Positions 17,450 to 26,060 are shown, numbered from the stretch's first letter. The stretch is DNA of 29,568 nucleotides from a virus (IMGVR_UViG_3300042863_000477:1-29568); one strand, 5' to 3'. A program made the numbers and translations. Notes: a model not told the origin generated them from the letters alone.

Positions 17450-18697
17450 ATGGGCTCAACATCAAAGGGTTTTAGTTTTCCCGCTTATTCAGATCCGCCA
17501 GATATTCCTGCGGACATTCAATTACTTGCACAAAATATTGATACATATTTAACAGCAAACCCAGGACCACAAGGAACTACTGGAACGCAGGGCACACAGG
17601 GCCTTCAAGGAACTACTGGAACACAGGGAACAACTGGAGCACAAGGTGCAACAGGAACCCAAGGAACAACTGGTACACAAGGAACAACTGGAGCACAAGG
17701 CGCAACAGGCACACAGGGTGAAACTGGTACACAAGGAACAACTGGTACTCAAGGAACAACTGGCGCACAAGGCACAACAGGTTCACAAGGTGAGACGGGT
17801 ACACAGGGCGCAACGGGAACTCAAGGAACAACAGGAACTCAAGGTGTTGCTGGAACTGGTGTTGATATTTTAGGAACTTATGCAAGTTTAGGTGCGCTAC
17901 AGTCTGCACATCCAACAGGAACTTTAGGTGATGCATACATAATCACTGGAGATCTTTATGTCTGGACTGGTTCTGCTTGGACTAACGTTGGTCCAATTCA
18001 AGGGTCTCAAGGAACAACTGGCACACAAGGTTCTACTGGATCACAAGGAACAACTGGAGCACAAGGCGCAACAGGCACACAGGGTGAAACTGGTTCACAA
18101 GGAACAACTGGTACACAAGGAACAACAGGCGCACAAGGCACAACAGGTTCACAAGGCGAAACAGGTACACAGGGCGCAACGGGATCTCAAGGAACAACTG
18201 GCCCACAAGGAACAACAGGCGCACAAGGCACAACAGGTTCACAGGGCGAAACAGGTACACAGGGCGCAACGGGATCTCAAGGAACAACTGGCCCACAAGG
18301 CATAACAGGCACACAGGGTGCAACAGGTACACAGGGTGCAACAGGCACACAGGGGGCAACTGGAGCGCAAGGAACAACTGGACCAGAAGGACCAGCAACT
18401 GTTCCTCAAAATACCAAAAGCGCTAGCTATACACTGCTTTCTTCAGATAACGGAAAATTTATTAGTATAACAACTGGTGGAATTACAGTTCCTGCATCAG
18501 TATTTACAGCTGGTCAAAATGTTGTTATATATAACAATTCTTCTTCTTCACAAACAATTACACAAGGATCTGGAGTTACAATGAGATTTGCATCGTTTCT
18601 AAGCACTGGAAATAGAACAATTCCTAGATATGGACTTGCAACAATACTTTGTGTTGACACGGATACATTTGTAATATCTGGCCCAGGACTGAGCTAA
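17450..18697 (+). CDS. Collagen-like fibre protein with two triple-helix segments and a C-terminal adaptor domain
   Basis: Anchor [25 protein letters not shown]; G-X-Q/G-X-T runs interrupted by [22 protein letters not shown]; C-terminal [11 protein letters not shown]...FVISGPGLS. Confidence 0.85.
   Translation: MGSTSKGFSFPAYSDPPDIPADIQLLAQNIDTYLTANPGPQGTTGTQGTQGLQGTTGTQGTTGAQGATGTQGTTGTQGTTGAQGATGTQGETGTQGTTGTQGTTGAQGTTGSQGETGTQGATGTQGTTGTQGVAGTGVDILGTYASLGALQSAHPTGTLGDAYIITGDLYVWTGSAWTNVGPIQGSQGTTGTQGSTGSQGTTGAQGATGTQGETGSQGTTGTQGTTGAQGTTGSQGETGTQGATGSQGTTGPQGTTGAQGTTGSQGETGTQGATGSQGTTGPQGITGTQGATGTQGATGTQGATGAQGTTGPEGPATVPQNTKSASYTLLSSDNGKFISITTGGITVPASVFTAGQNVVIYNNSSSSQTITQGSGVTMRFASFLSTGNRTIPRYGLATILCVDTDTFVISGPGLS
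17564..18397 (+). repeat. Collagen-coding tandem repeats, including a 90-bp duplication (18121-18210 vs 18211-18300, 1 mismatch)
   Basis: Direct reading; non-repeat interruption at about 17861-18001. Confidence 0.9.
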
Positions 18698-18699
18698 CT

Positions 18700-19665
18700 A
18701 TGACATATGCTGCTATGGCATTAGGTGTCAATACTAATGGCGGTCCAGAAATAACTGGTGGCGGAACAGTTACATCAGATTCAACATACTACTACAGAAC
18801 ATTTACATCTAGCGCAACAATAACAGTTCAAAACGGACCTATTGCATACGAGTCTATTTGTATCGCAGGAGGAGGCGGTGGAAACTTTCTGGGCGGTGGC
18901 GCTGGTGGAGCTGGTGGAGCTGGTGGATTTTTATATAATACTGGTAGCTTTTCTAACTTTACTTATTTTTTTAATATTGGAGCTGGCGGTCCTGGTAACT
19001 CTGAAGGATCTGGCGGACAAGGAAGTGATTCTATTTTTGATTCCTCAACAGCAAAGGGTGGAGGAATGGGGCCAAATTATTACTCAACATGGCCATTAGT
19101 TGGTGGCTCAGGCGGTGGCGGAATTGGTGAAAGCGGTTATAACACTGGAAGCAATGGAACATCTGGTCAAGGAAATAAAGGTGGGGATGCATCTCCTGTA
19201 AATTCTCAATCTTATGGTTATGTGGGATCAGCTGGCGGAGGTGGAGCAGGAGCAGTTGGATCAAACAATAGCGGAACAAATAATGCAAATGGAGGCAATG
19301 GTGGAAATGGAACAAACGCATATTCTTCTTGGGCATCTGTTACTTCAACTGGTGTTGGCGGTTATTATGCAGGCGGAGGTGGCGGTGGAGCTGTTTATGG
19401 ATCAAAAGACAGCGTAGTCGGGGCTGATGGAACTGCTGGAACAGGAGGATTAGGCGGAGGAGGCAATGGCGGAAAATCTACATCTGGAAAACCAGGTTTT
19501 TCTTTAGGTACAGCTGGTGCAGCAAATACTGGCGGCGGTGGTGGTGCAGGTGGAGGATGGTATGAAATTATTGGTGGAAGCGGATCTGGTGGTGGTGGTT
19601 CTGGAAGAAATGGCGGATCAGGATTAATTATAATTAGATATCTTAAATCAGCAGTTGGTGGATAA
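18700..19665 (+). CDS. Gly-rich fibre tip protein (type B) without FN3
   Basis: SDSTYYYRTFTSS...ICIAGGGGG...GSGLIIIRYLKSAVGG. Confidence 0.8.
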   Translation: MTYAAMALGVNTNGGPEITGGGTVTSDSTYYYRTFTSSATITVQNGPIAYESICIAGGGGGNFLGGGAGGAGGAGGFLYNTGSFSNFTYFFNIGAGGPGNSEGSGGQGSDSIFDSSTAKGGGMGPNYYSTWPLVGGSGGGGIGESGYNTGSNGTSGQGNKGGDASPVNSQSYGYVGSAGGGGAGAVGSNNSGTNNANGGNGGNGTNAYSSWASVTSTGVGGYYAGGGGGGAVYGSKDSVVGADGTAGTGGLGGGGNGGKSTSGKPGFSLGTAGAANTGGGGGAGGGWYEIIGGSGSGGGGSGRNGGSGLIIIRYLKSAVGG

Positions 19666-21539
19666 TGTCATATAGATCAACAATACTTTCAGATTATCCA
19701 ATAGCCTACTATCCATTAGATGATCTTACAACTGTAGACATTGCAAACTATACATCTCTAGAATCAGAATATGCAACATATCAGGATATATTAGATGACC
19801 CAGCAATTTCTTCATACGCCAATATTTTTGGAGATTTAGCATATGATCATTCAGGGTGTGAGAATGATAGCTTTTATGCGGGGGATCCAGAAACAGATAT
19901 TGTCCCAATTGTTGTAGGTAATTCAAGAGCAACAAAAATAACAAGTGCTAACTCTATTGAGTATGTTGTAACAAAAGATTATACTGCTACTACAACTACC
20001 AGCCAATTTGGAACATTAACTTCATCTGATAATGACTTCACATTAGAGGCATGGATTTATCCACAATTTACAACAACTAACGAGACAACAATTTTGGCGG
20101 ATTCAACAGAGGATGTTGGTTTATTCTATGATAAAGGCAATATAACATTTAAGATAAACGCAGAGGTCTTATCTCATACCCTTTCCAATATAGACAAGGT
20201 TCATCACATTGTTGCTACATACAGCCCAACATTGATGTGCATTTATATAGATGGACAGCTTGTTTCTACAAGAACATTAAACAGATTTGTATTTACAAAT
20301 ACAACACTTTTATTAACAACTGGACCAACATTAGACTCAGATGATTACTTCCTAATTAATAGCGTAGGCATTTATAGATATGCCTTATCTGGATCACAGG
20401 TTCAAAATCATTATTTAGAGGCATCAGAAATATCCCCTATTCAGGTTGTAGATCCAGACAGCGGCGAGCTATTTGATCTATATGATAATAATATCTCAAC
20501 TCAGTTTATCTATTCATATCCTGGAAATAAAACATGGGATTATTTTATAACTGATGACTTGTCATATAATGACTCAGAGCAATCGCTGTCCATTAAAAAA
20601 GCCACAGGTTCTAAGACTGTTGTTTTAACAGACTATATTTCATTACCATATGCAGCAGTTTTAGATTCATCAAAAATTGAATGGAGCGGAACAGAAGGAA
20701 TAACAGTAGAAGTTTCAGTAGACGGATCAACATATCAAGAATGCGAGAATGGTCAGGTAATCCCTCAATTCACACTTGCAAGCTTTAATGGCAATAAGCA
20801 AGTTTATTTAAAGATAACTTTATCCACTACAGATAGCAGTAAGTATCTTCCTAAGATATTTGATCTTCAAATTAAATTCTATAATAATCAAATTGCCTAT
20901 GCCTCTAATAGCGCATCTTATATTTCAACCTTAGAAGGGGTTTCTGGAGTAACTGTTTATGATGTTACGCTAGGAAACAGTAAGTTCCCTATTTTATCAA
21001 GAAATTCAAAGAACGGAATCAGGACGGTTCAAGATTCTGGATTCTATATTAATACAACATCTTCAGTTAGAACATTAGAGTTCTTCTACACCCCCTATTT
21101 GCTAACAGATAGCGGACTTGTTTCAACTATATCAACAGGCGGATATTCAGCATCAAATTACTCATGGAGAAATACTGGAACAATTAGTAAGTCCAATATC
21201 TCTGCAATCTATGTAAATGGGGTAAATAAGACATCCCAGACAAATGTTGCAAATGTGTTTAAATTAGGACAACTACATCATATTGTGATTGTGTTTACTA
21301 GTGCGGTTAGTGGCCAATTAAAGTTTGATTATTCATTATATGGATCAGTTCCTGGCCTATTCCAGAACTTGGCTATATACCCTTCTGCTTTTACCTCAAC
21401 AAATGTAACCACTCACTATAACCTATACACATCTAATAGTGTTACCACCGTTTTAGATAACACCACTGCGTCCATGACCGTGACAGAAAACTCAGTAGAC
21501 TACTACGATAATGACTGGATTGTGATACAAAACTCATAA
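19665..21539 (+). CDS. LamG/concanavalin-A-like domain virion protein
   Basis: PIAYYPLDD, DFTLEAWIYP, VHHIVATY, IYIDGQLV; second degenerate copy TLEFFY..IYVNGV..LHHIVIVF. Confidence 0.75.
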   Translation: MSYRSTILSDYPIAYYPLDDLTTVDIANYTSLESEYATYQDILDDPAISSYANIFGDLAYDHSGCENDSFYAGDPETDIVPIVVGNSRATKITSANSIEYVVTKDYTATTTTSQFGTLTSSDNDFTLEAWIYPQFTTTNETTILADSTEDVGLFYDKGNITFKINAEVLSHTLSNIDKVHHIVATYSPTLMCIYIDGQLVSTRTLNRFVFTNTTLLLTTGPTLDSDDYFLINSVGIYRYALSGSQVQNHYLEASEISPIQVVDPDSGELFDLYDNNISTQFIYSYPGNKTWDYFITDDLSYNDSEQSLSIKKATGSKTVVLTDYISLPYAAVLDSSKIEWSGTEGITVEVSVDGSTYQECENGQVIPQFTLASFNGNKQVYLKITLSTTDSSKYLPKIFDLQIKFYNNQIAYASNSASYISTLEGVSGVTVYDVTLGNSKFPILSRNSKNGIRTVQDSGFYINTTSSVRTLEFFYTPYLLTDSGLVSTISTGGYSASNYSWRNTGTISKSNISAIYVNGVNKTSQTNVANVFKLGQLHHIVIVFTSAVSGQLKFDYSLYGSVPGLFQNLAIYPSAFTSTNVTTHYNLYTSNSVTTVLDNTTASMTVTENSVDYYDNDWIVIQNS

Positions 21540-21562
21540 TTTTGTCATATAGCATGACAAAA
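21540..21562. promoter_or_regulatory. Perfect inverted repeat TTTTGTCAT-atagc-ATGACAAAA (operator or weak terminator)
   Basis: 9-bp arms immediately after the LamG stop and just before a promoter. Confidence 0.5.
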
Positions 21563-21565
21563 AGC

Positions 21566-21599
21566 TGGACTTTGACACCAAAGAATGGTAAAATAAAAT
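21566..21599 (+). promoter_or_regulatory. Promoter TGGACT-17-(TGg)TAAAAT; alternative TTGACA-16-TAAAAT
   Basis: -10 at 21589-21594, 8 nt before ATG 21603, with no SD; TTGACA at 21572-21577. Confidence 0.6.
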
Positions 21600-21602
21600 A
21601 CT

Positions 21603-21965
21603 ATGGAAATCAAAAGAGTCAATCAAACCGTAATTGAAGAAACCACGCTTGGTATATATGTGTGGGAAATGCCAGACGGAAGATGGATTGGCGATGATGA
21701 TGGTAACTATTTATCAATAGCATCTCATAAAGGAAGCAAGGCAAACATGGCGGCTTTAGCGGCAGAGGTAGCATCCTTTGGAATTGATGTGGGTCAGCCT
21801 AAATTTTTATCTAACAGGCGCAAGATTGATGATGAGCAATTTGAATATCAGAAGGCAAGACTTGAGCAGGGCTTGATTCCTGACCCATTTGATATTGGTA
21901 ATTATAAAGATGAGCTAGCGGCTTACAACAAGAAGAATCCAGTAATAGGTGGATCAGGGAGATAA
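21603..21965 (+). CDS. Hypothetical phage protein preceding the portal
   Basis: Clean ORF (GIYVWEMPDGRWIGDDDGNYLSI) with its own promoter; 2-nt gap to the portal. Confidence 0.7.
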   Translation: MEIKRVNQTVIEETTLGIYVWEMPDGRWIGDDDGNYLSIASHKGSKANMAALAAEVASFGIDVGQPKFLSNRRKIDDEQFEYQKARLEQGLIPDPFDIGNYKDELAAYNKKNPVIGGSGR

Positions 21966-21967
21966 CT

Positions 21968-23551
21968 ATGGAGTTCGTTCAGGATAATGATTTAGAGTCA
22001 ACAGATAGAATTCAAATTTCTTCTGCATCTGACTTGTTTCAGCTAAAGAAAGAAAAGGATCATTCAGATCCATTTATGATGCAAGAAGATGATCTAAGAA
22101 AAGTATCTGGTCTAAGTTCTAGCTTCCGTCGCAAGATGGGAAGAGAATTGTCTAAGGCATTTATGGGTAGAGAAGAAACTGGAACACAGCAGAACCTACT
22201 ACAGCAAGCTATAACTGGATATGCAATGTTTGACTTGGTTGAACCACCATATAACCAAGAGTACCTATCAAGAATTTATGAAATCTCAACTTACAACTAT
22301 GCAGCAATTAATGCAAAGGTTGCAAATATTGTTGGGCTAGGTTATGACTTTACTGAGACAAGAAAAACAAACGATGCCTTCGACTCAATTACTGATGACA
22401 AGCAATTAGAAAGAGCAAGAAGAAAGCTTAATAAGTTAAAGCAAGATTTACAAATTTGGCTTGACTCAACAAATGATGAAGACACATTTACTCAAACACT
22501 TATTAAGGCGTACACAGATTTAGAGTCTACGGGAAACGGATATATTGAAATTAGCCGAACCACTGCAGGCAACATAGGATACATTGGACACATTCCGTCA
22601 AAGACAATGAGAGTTCGTCGCTTGCGTGATGGATTTATTCAATTGCTTTACGGCAAGGCTGTATTCTTCCGCAACTTTGGAGATGTAGATACAGAGAATC
22701 CGATTGCAGGAGGAGAAGATAGACCTAACGAAGTTATCCACCTAAAGAAGTACACTCCAACAAATAACTATTATGGAATCCCAGATATTATTGCAGCTCA
22801 GAACGCTTTAGCTGGAAATGAATTCGCTGGCAAATATAACCTAGACTACTTTGAAAACAAGGCGGTCCCAAGATATATTATTACAGTTAAGGGAGCAAAG
22901 CTTTCTCCAGAGTCAGAAAGAAAATTGCTTGAGTTCTTTCAGGTTGGATTAAGAGGAAAGAATCATAGATCTCTTTATATCCCACTTCCAGCAGATTCAC
23001 CCGACTCAAAGGTTGAATTTAAGATGGACCCAATTGAGGCTGGAACTCAAGAATCTTCATTTAATCTTTACCGTAAGGCAAATAGAGATGAAATCCTATT
23101 AGCTCATCGTGTGCCAATTAATAAAATTGGAACTCCAGAGGGAGTTAATTTGGCGGTGGCAAGAGATGCCGATAAGACATTTAAAGAGCAGGTTTGCCGT
23201 CCAGCACAAATGACATTAGAGAAGAAATTAAATAAGATATTCGAAGAAAAGACAGATGCCCTTTCTCTTAAATTCAATGAATTAACTCTTACTGATGAGG
23301 ATACTCAATCTAAGATTGATGAGAGATATTTAAGAATGCAGGTAATTACTCCTAATGAAGTCCGTATTCGAAAGGGAATGATCCCTATTGATGGCGGAGA
23401 TGATATGGTTGAATTAAAGCCACAACAACAGGCTGAAATTAGAACACAAGCAAATAATACCCGTGTCCGAGAGCAACAAAGACAAGGAAATTCTCCAGAT
23501 ATCTCTGGTGAAGGACGAAATGCTCAGGGCGACGGCAGACAGGTTGAATAA
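21968..23551 (+). CDS. Phage portal protein (PBSX/HK97-like)
   Basis: DLESTGNGYIEI, NEVIHLK, YYGIPDIIAA, YFENKAVPRYII, ILLAHRVP, ITPNEVR; lies before the protease and capsid genes. Confidence 0.92.
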   Translation: MEFVQDNDLESTDRIQISSASDLFQLKKEKDHSDPFMMQEDDLRKVSGLSSSFRRKMGRELSKAFMGREETGTQQNLLQQAITGYAMFDLVEPPYNQEYLSRIYEISTYNYAAINAKVANIVGLGYDFTETRKTNDAFDSITDDKQLERARRKLNKLKQDLQIWLDSTNDEDTFTQTLIKAYTDLESTGNGYIEISRTTAGNIGYIGHIPSKTMRVRRLRDGFIQLLYGKAVFFRNFGDVDTENPIAGGEDRPNEVIHLKKYTPTNNYYGIPDIIAAQNALAGNEFAGKYNLDYFENKAVPRYIITVKGAKLSPESERKLLEFFQVGLRGKNHRSLYIPLPADSPDSKVEFKMDPIEAGTQESSFNLYRKANRDEILLAHRVPINKIGTPEGVNLAVARDADKTFKEQVCRPAQMTLEKKLNKIFEEKTDALSLKFNELTLTDEDTQSKIDERYLRMQVITPNEVRIRKGMIPIDGGDDMVELKPQQQAEIRTQANNTRVREQQRQGNSPDISGEGRNAQGDGRQVE

Positions 23552-23568
23552 CTTTACTCAACCATTAT

Positions 23569-23597
23569 TTGCCTTTTTATCTACAAATAGATAAAAT
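23569..23597 (+). promoter_or_regulatory. Promoter TTGCCT-17-TAAAAT (leaderless), overlapped by the palindrome TTTTATCTA-caaa-TAGATAAAA
   Basis: -10 at 23592-23597, 7 nt before ATG 23605. Confidence 0.65.
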
Positions 23598-23604
23598 TAA
23601 GCAT

Positions 23605-24915
23605 ATGAACATTGAAAAGTCTTTATGGTCTTCAAATGGCGACAACATCGTTTTGTCTGTGCCATTCACCAAAGTAAATCGTGAAAAAAGAACTGTGTCA
23701 GGTTTTGCAACATTAGACAATGTTGACCAAACTGGTGACATGGTTACATCAGAAGCAAGTATGAAAGCGTTTGAAAATTTCCGTGGAAACATTCGTGAGA
23801 TGCATGGTCCAAACGCTGTAGGCAAGATGATTTCATTCAGACCAGAAACATACTATGATACAGAAACAAAAGAATTTTATAACGGAGTATATGTAGACGC
23901 ATATGTTTCAAAGGGAGCACAGGATACTTGGGAGAAGGTTCTTGATGGAACCCTAGCAGGATTTTCAATCGGCGGAAAGATTACAGAGTCAGACAATGAA
24001 GTTAACAAGTCAACAGGTAAGCCAGTAAGATTTATTAAGGGCTACGAATTGATGGAACTATCAATTGTAGATTCACCAGCAAATGAACTTTGCAATATCT
24101 TGTCAATTCAAAAGATGAATGGACAAATGATTTTCAAGGGCATTGCAGTAGATGTCGTAACAGAGAATATTTTTTATTGCAAAGAAAGCGATTCTGTTTT
24201 TATCTCAACAGAAAAAACATATGAGTCTCCAATCACTGGAAAGCCAGCCGAACTAATCGGATGGGTAGAAAGCTCAGATGTTAACAAAGCAAAAGAGATA
24301 GATAAAATTCTTGATTTATACAAGTCAAGATCCACGTTGCCTGAAACACAAACAATTGCAAAACAGGCAAACGCAGAAGGAGGTAATGAAGTGTCAGAAA
24401 ATACAGAAACCACTGCAGTTGAAGAGACTGTAGTAGAAGAAGCACCTGCTGTTGAAGAAACACCAGCTGCTGAAGAAGCTCCTGCAGAAGACGCAGTAGC
24501 AGACGCTTCTGCCGAAACTCTGGAAAAAGCAGCCGACGTATCAGAAGTTGAGGTTGATGAACCTGATTTTGCAAAGATGTTGGGCGATCTAAAAGGCTTT
24601 TTCTCAGAAACTCTAAGCAAGGCTACAGATGCAAATGCAGCACAGGTTAAGACTGTTACAGAAACAGTTGAGACTTTTAGCAAGAGCGTTGATAGCCGAA
24701 TCACAGAGTTGGCAGAACAACACGCAGTCCTTTCAAAGGCTGTTGAAGATATCAGAAACACGATTGATGGCGTACAGAAGCGTGTCGATGCAGTAGAAGG
24801 TGAGACTGCAATTAAGAAGTCCTCAGACCTTGGCGGGTCTCAGGAAGTAAGTACAATCAAGAAATCAAAATGGAACGGTTCTTTCCTCGGTTCCGTAAAC
24901 GAATTAATTAGATAA
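23605..24915 (+). CDS. HK97-family prohead protease fused to an acidic scaffold
   Basis: Start reassigned to ATG 23605. VSGFAT..VDQTGD, IREMH, GFSIGG, ELSIVDSPAN; Glu/Ala-rich linker and coiled-coil C-terminus. Confidence 0.88.
   Translation: MNIEKSLWSSNGDNIVLSVPFTKVNREKRTVSGFATLDNVDQTGDMVTSEASMKAFENFRGNIREMHGPNAVGKMISFRPETYYDTETKEFYNGVYVDAYVSKGAQDTWEKVLDGTLAGFSIGGKITESDNEVNKSTGKPVRFIKGYELMELSIVDSPANELCNILSIQKMNGQMIFKGIAVDVVTENIFYCKESDSVFISTEKTYESPITGKPAELIGWVESSDVNKAKEIDKILDLYKSRSTLPETQTIAKQANAEGGNEVSENTETTAVEETVVEEAPAVEETPAAEEAPAEDAVADASAETLEKAADVSEVEVDEPDFAKMLGDLKGFFSETLSKATDANAAQVKTVTETVETFSKSVDSRITELAEQHAVLSKAVEDIRNTIDGVQKRVDAVEGETAIKKSSDLGGSQEVSTIKKSKWNGSFLGSVNELIR
24391..24915 (+). 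CDS. Putative nested in-frame scaffolding protein (174 aa, GTG start)
   Basis: Perfect SD AAGGAGGT at 24377-24384, 6 nt before an in-frame GTG at the protease/scaffold boundary. Confidence 0.65.
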   Translation: MSENTETTAVEETVVEEAPAVEETPAAEEAPAEDAVADASAETLEKAADVSEVEVDEPDFAKMLGDLKGFFSETLSKATDANAAQVKTVTETVETFSKSVDSRITELAEQHAVLSKAVEDIRNTIDGVQKRVDAVEGETAIKKSSDLGGSQEVSTIKKSKWNGSFLGSVNELIR

Positions 24916-24935
24916 ACAAAGGTAGGTGAAAATAT

Positions 24936-25985
24936 ATGAGCAATGAATTATTAGAAAAGTCAGTAGCTGCTAACACTAGCGTTACAGGTAACATGACAGG
25001 TTCTGCAGTAGCTACTACTGGAGTACACATTGGCTCTGAGGGTGAAGGTGGACTCCTTAACCCAGAGCAGTCAGCTCGCTTCCTTGACTATATGTTCGAC
25101 GCAACCGTAATTGGTAAAGTCGCCCGTACAGTAAGAATGAAAGCAGACACAACAGAGATTGATCGTATGTCAGTAGGCGAGAAGCTTATGAAGCTCGCAA
25201 CTGAAGCAGACGATACATCAGCTAACTCAGCTGTATCTTTCTCAAAGATTTCTTTGACAACAAAGAAGCTTCGTCTAGATTGGGAACTATCAACAGAGTC
25301 TCTAGAAGACAACATTGAGGGTCCAGATCTAGAAGATCACATCGCACGTATGATGGCAACACAGGCAGGTAACGACATTGAAGACGTAGTCCTAAATGGA
25401 GATACAACTCTAACAGGAGATGCATTGTACAAGTCATTTGACGGCGTTGTAAAGAAGGCAAAGGCATACGGTCACGTTGTAGACAACGGTGGATCAGCAG
25501 TTTCTCGTGCAGCATTTAACTCTGCATTGAAGGCTCTCCCACGTAAGTACAAGCAGCGTCGTGCTGACCTTCGCTTCCTAGTCGGATCAAACTTGATCCA
25601 AGACTTCCTATATGCAAACAGCATTGGTACTAACCAGACAATTCCACAGGATATTGCTTCAAGCATCATCCGTGGCGATGTACAGCCAGTCTCAGGACCA
25701 GCAGGTTACGTAGCACCTTATGCATTCGGTATTCCAATTGTTGAAGTTCCACTTCTTAACGAAGCACAGGACGGCGACTATTCAGGAGAGACAGGAAACC
25801 ACGGAGATATCCACTTGACATTCCCTAACAACGTAGTTGTTGGAATCAAGCGTGATGTAACTGTTTACCGATTCTTCTGGCCACGTAAGGACTCAATTGA
25901 GTACACAATGTATACTCGTGTTGGTGTCCAGATCGAACAAGCAGATGCTTGGGTTGTTGTGAAGAACGTTAAAGTAGCTTCATAA
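24936..25985 (+). CDS. Major capsid protein (HK97 fold)
   Basis: GGLLNPEQSARFLDYM, LSTESLEDNIEG, AGNDIEDVVLNGD, FGIPIVEVP; follows the protease and precedes a terminator. Confidence 0.92.
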   Translation: MSNELLEKSVAANTSVTGNMTGSAVATTGVHIGSEGEGGLLNPEQSARFLDYMFDATVIGKVARTVRMKADTTEIDRMSVGEKLMKLATEADDTSANSAVSFSKISLTTKKLRLDWELSTESLEDNIEGPDLEDHIARMMATQAGNDIEDVVLNGDTTLTGDALYKSFDGVVKKAKAYGHVVDNGGSAVSRAAFNSALKALPRKYKQRRADLRFLVGSNLIQDFLYANSIGTNQTIPQDIASSIIRGDVQPVSGPAGYVAPYAFGIPIVEVPLLNEAQDGDYSGETGNHGDIHLTFPNNVVVGIKRDVTVYRFFWPRKDSIEYTMYTRVGVQIEQADAWVVVKNVKVAS

Positions 25986-26004
25986 TTTAGGATTAAATCC
26001 GCAA

Positions 26005-26043
26005 GAAAGGCCCCCAATTAATTTTGGGGGCTTTTCATTTTAA
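26005..26043 (+). terminator. Rho-independent terminator
   Basis: GAAAGGCCCCCAA-ttaatt-TTGGGGGCTTTTC followed by ATTTT. Confidence 0.85.
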
Positions 26044-26060
26044 TTTACTAATGCTATAAT
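26032..26060 (+). promoter_or_regulatory. Promoter TTTTCA-17-(TGc)TATAAT overlapping the terminator tail
   Basis: TATAAT at 26055-26060; SD AAGGAG upstream of ATG 26090. Confidence 0.6.

Noticed and set aside
17564-18397. Periodic repeats resembling a CRISPR array (also 924-1094)
   Set aside because: No unique spacers; the period is a multiple of 9 bp and encodes G-X-Y collagen; no cas genes.
406-19417. Val/Leu/Glu/Gln-rich alternative-frame + strand ORFs within the fibre and collagen genes
   Set aside because: Off-frame readings of low-complexity sequence, fully nested in better-supported genes.
156-19665. Mycobacterial PE_PGRS annotation for the Gly-rich proteins
   Set aside because: No PE domain; the resemblance is only compositional and the context is phage structural.
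24174-24761. 195-aa minus-strand ORF opposite the scaffold
   Set aside because: Ser/Ala-rich antisense shadow of the Glu/Ala-rich linker.
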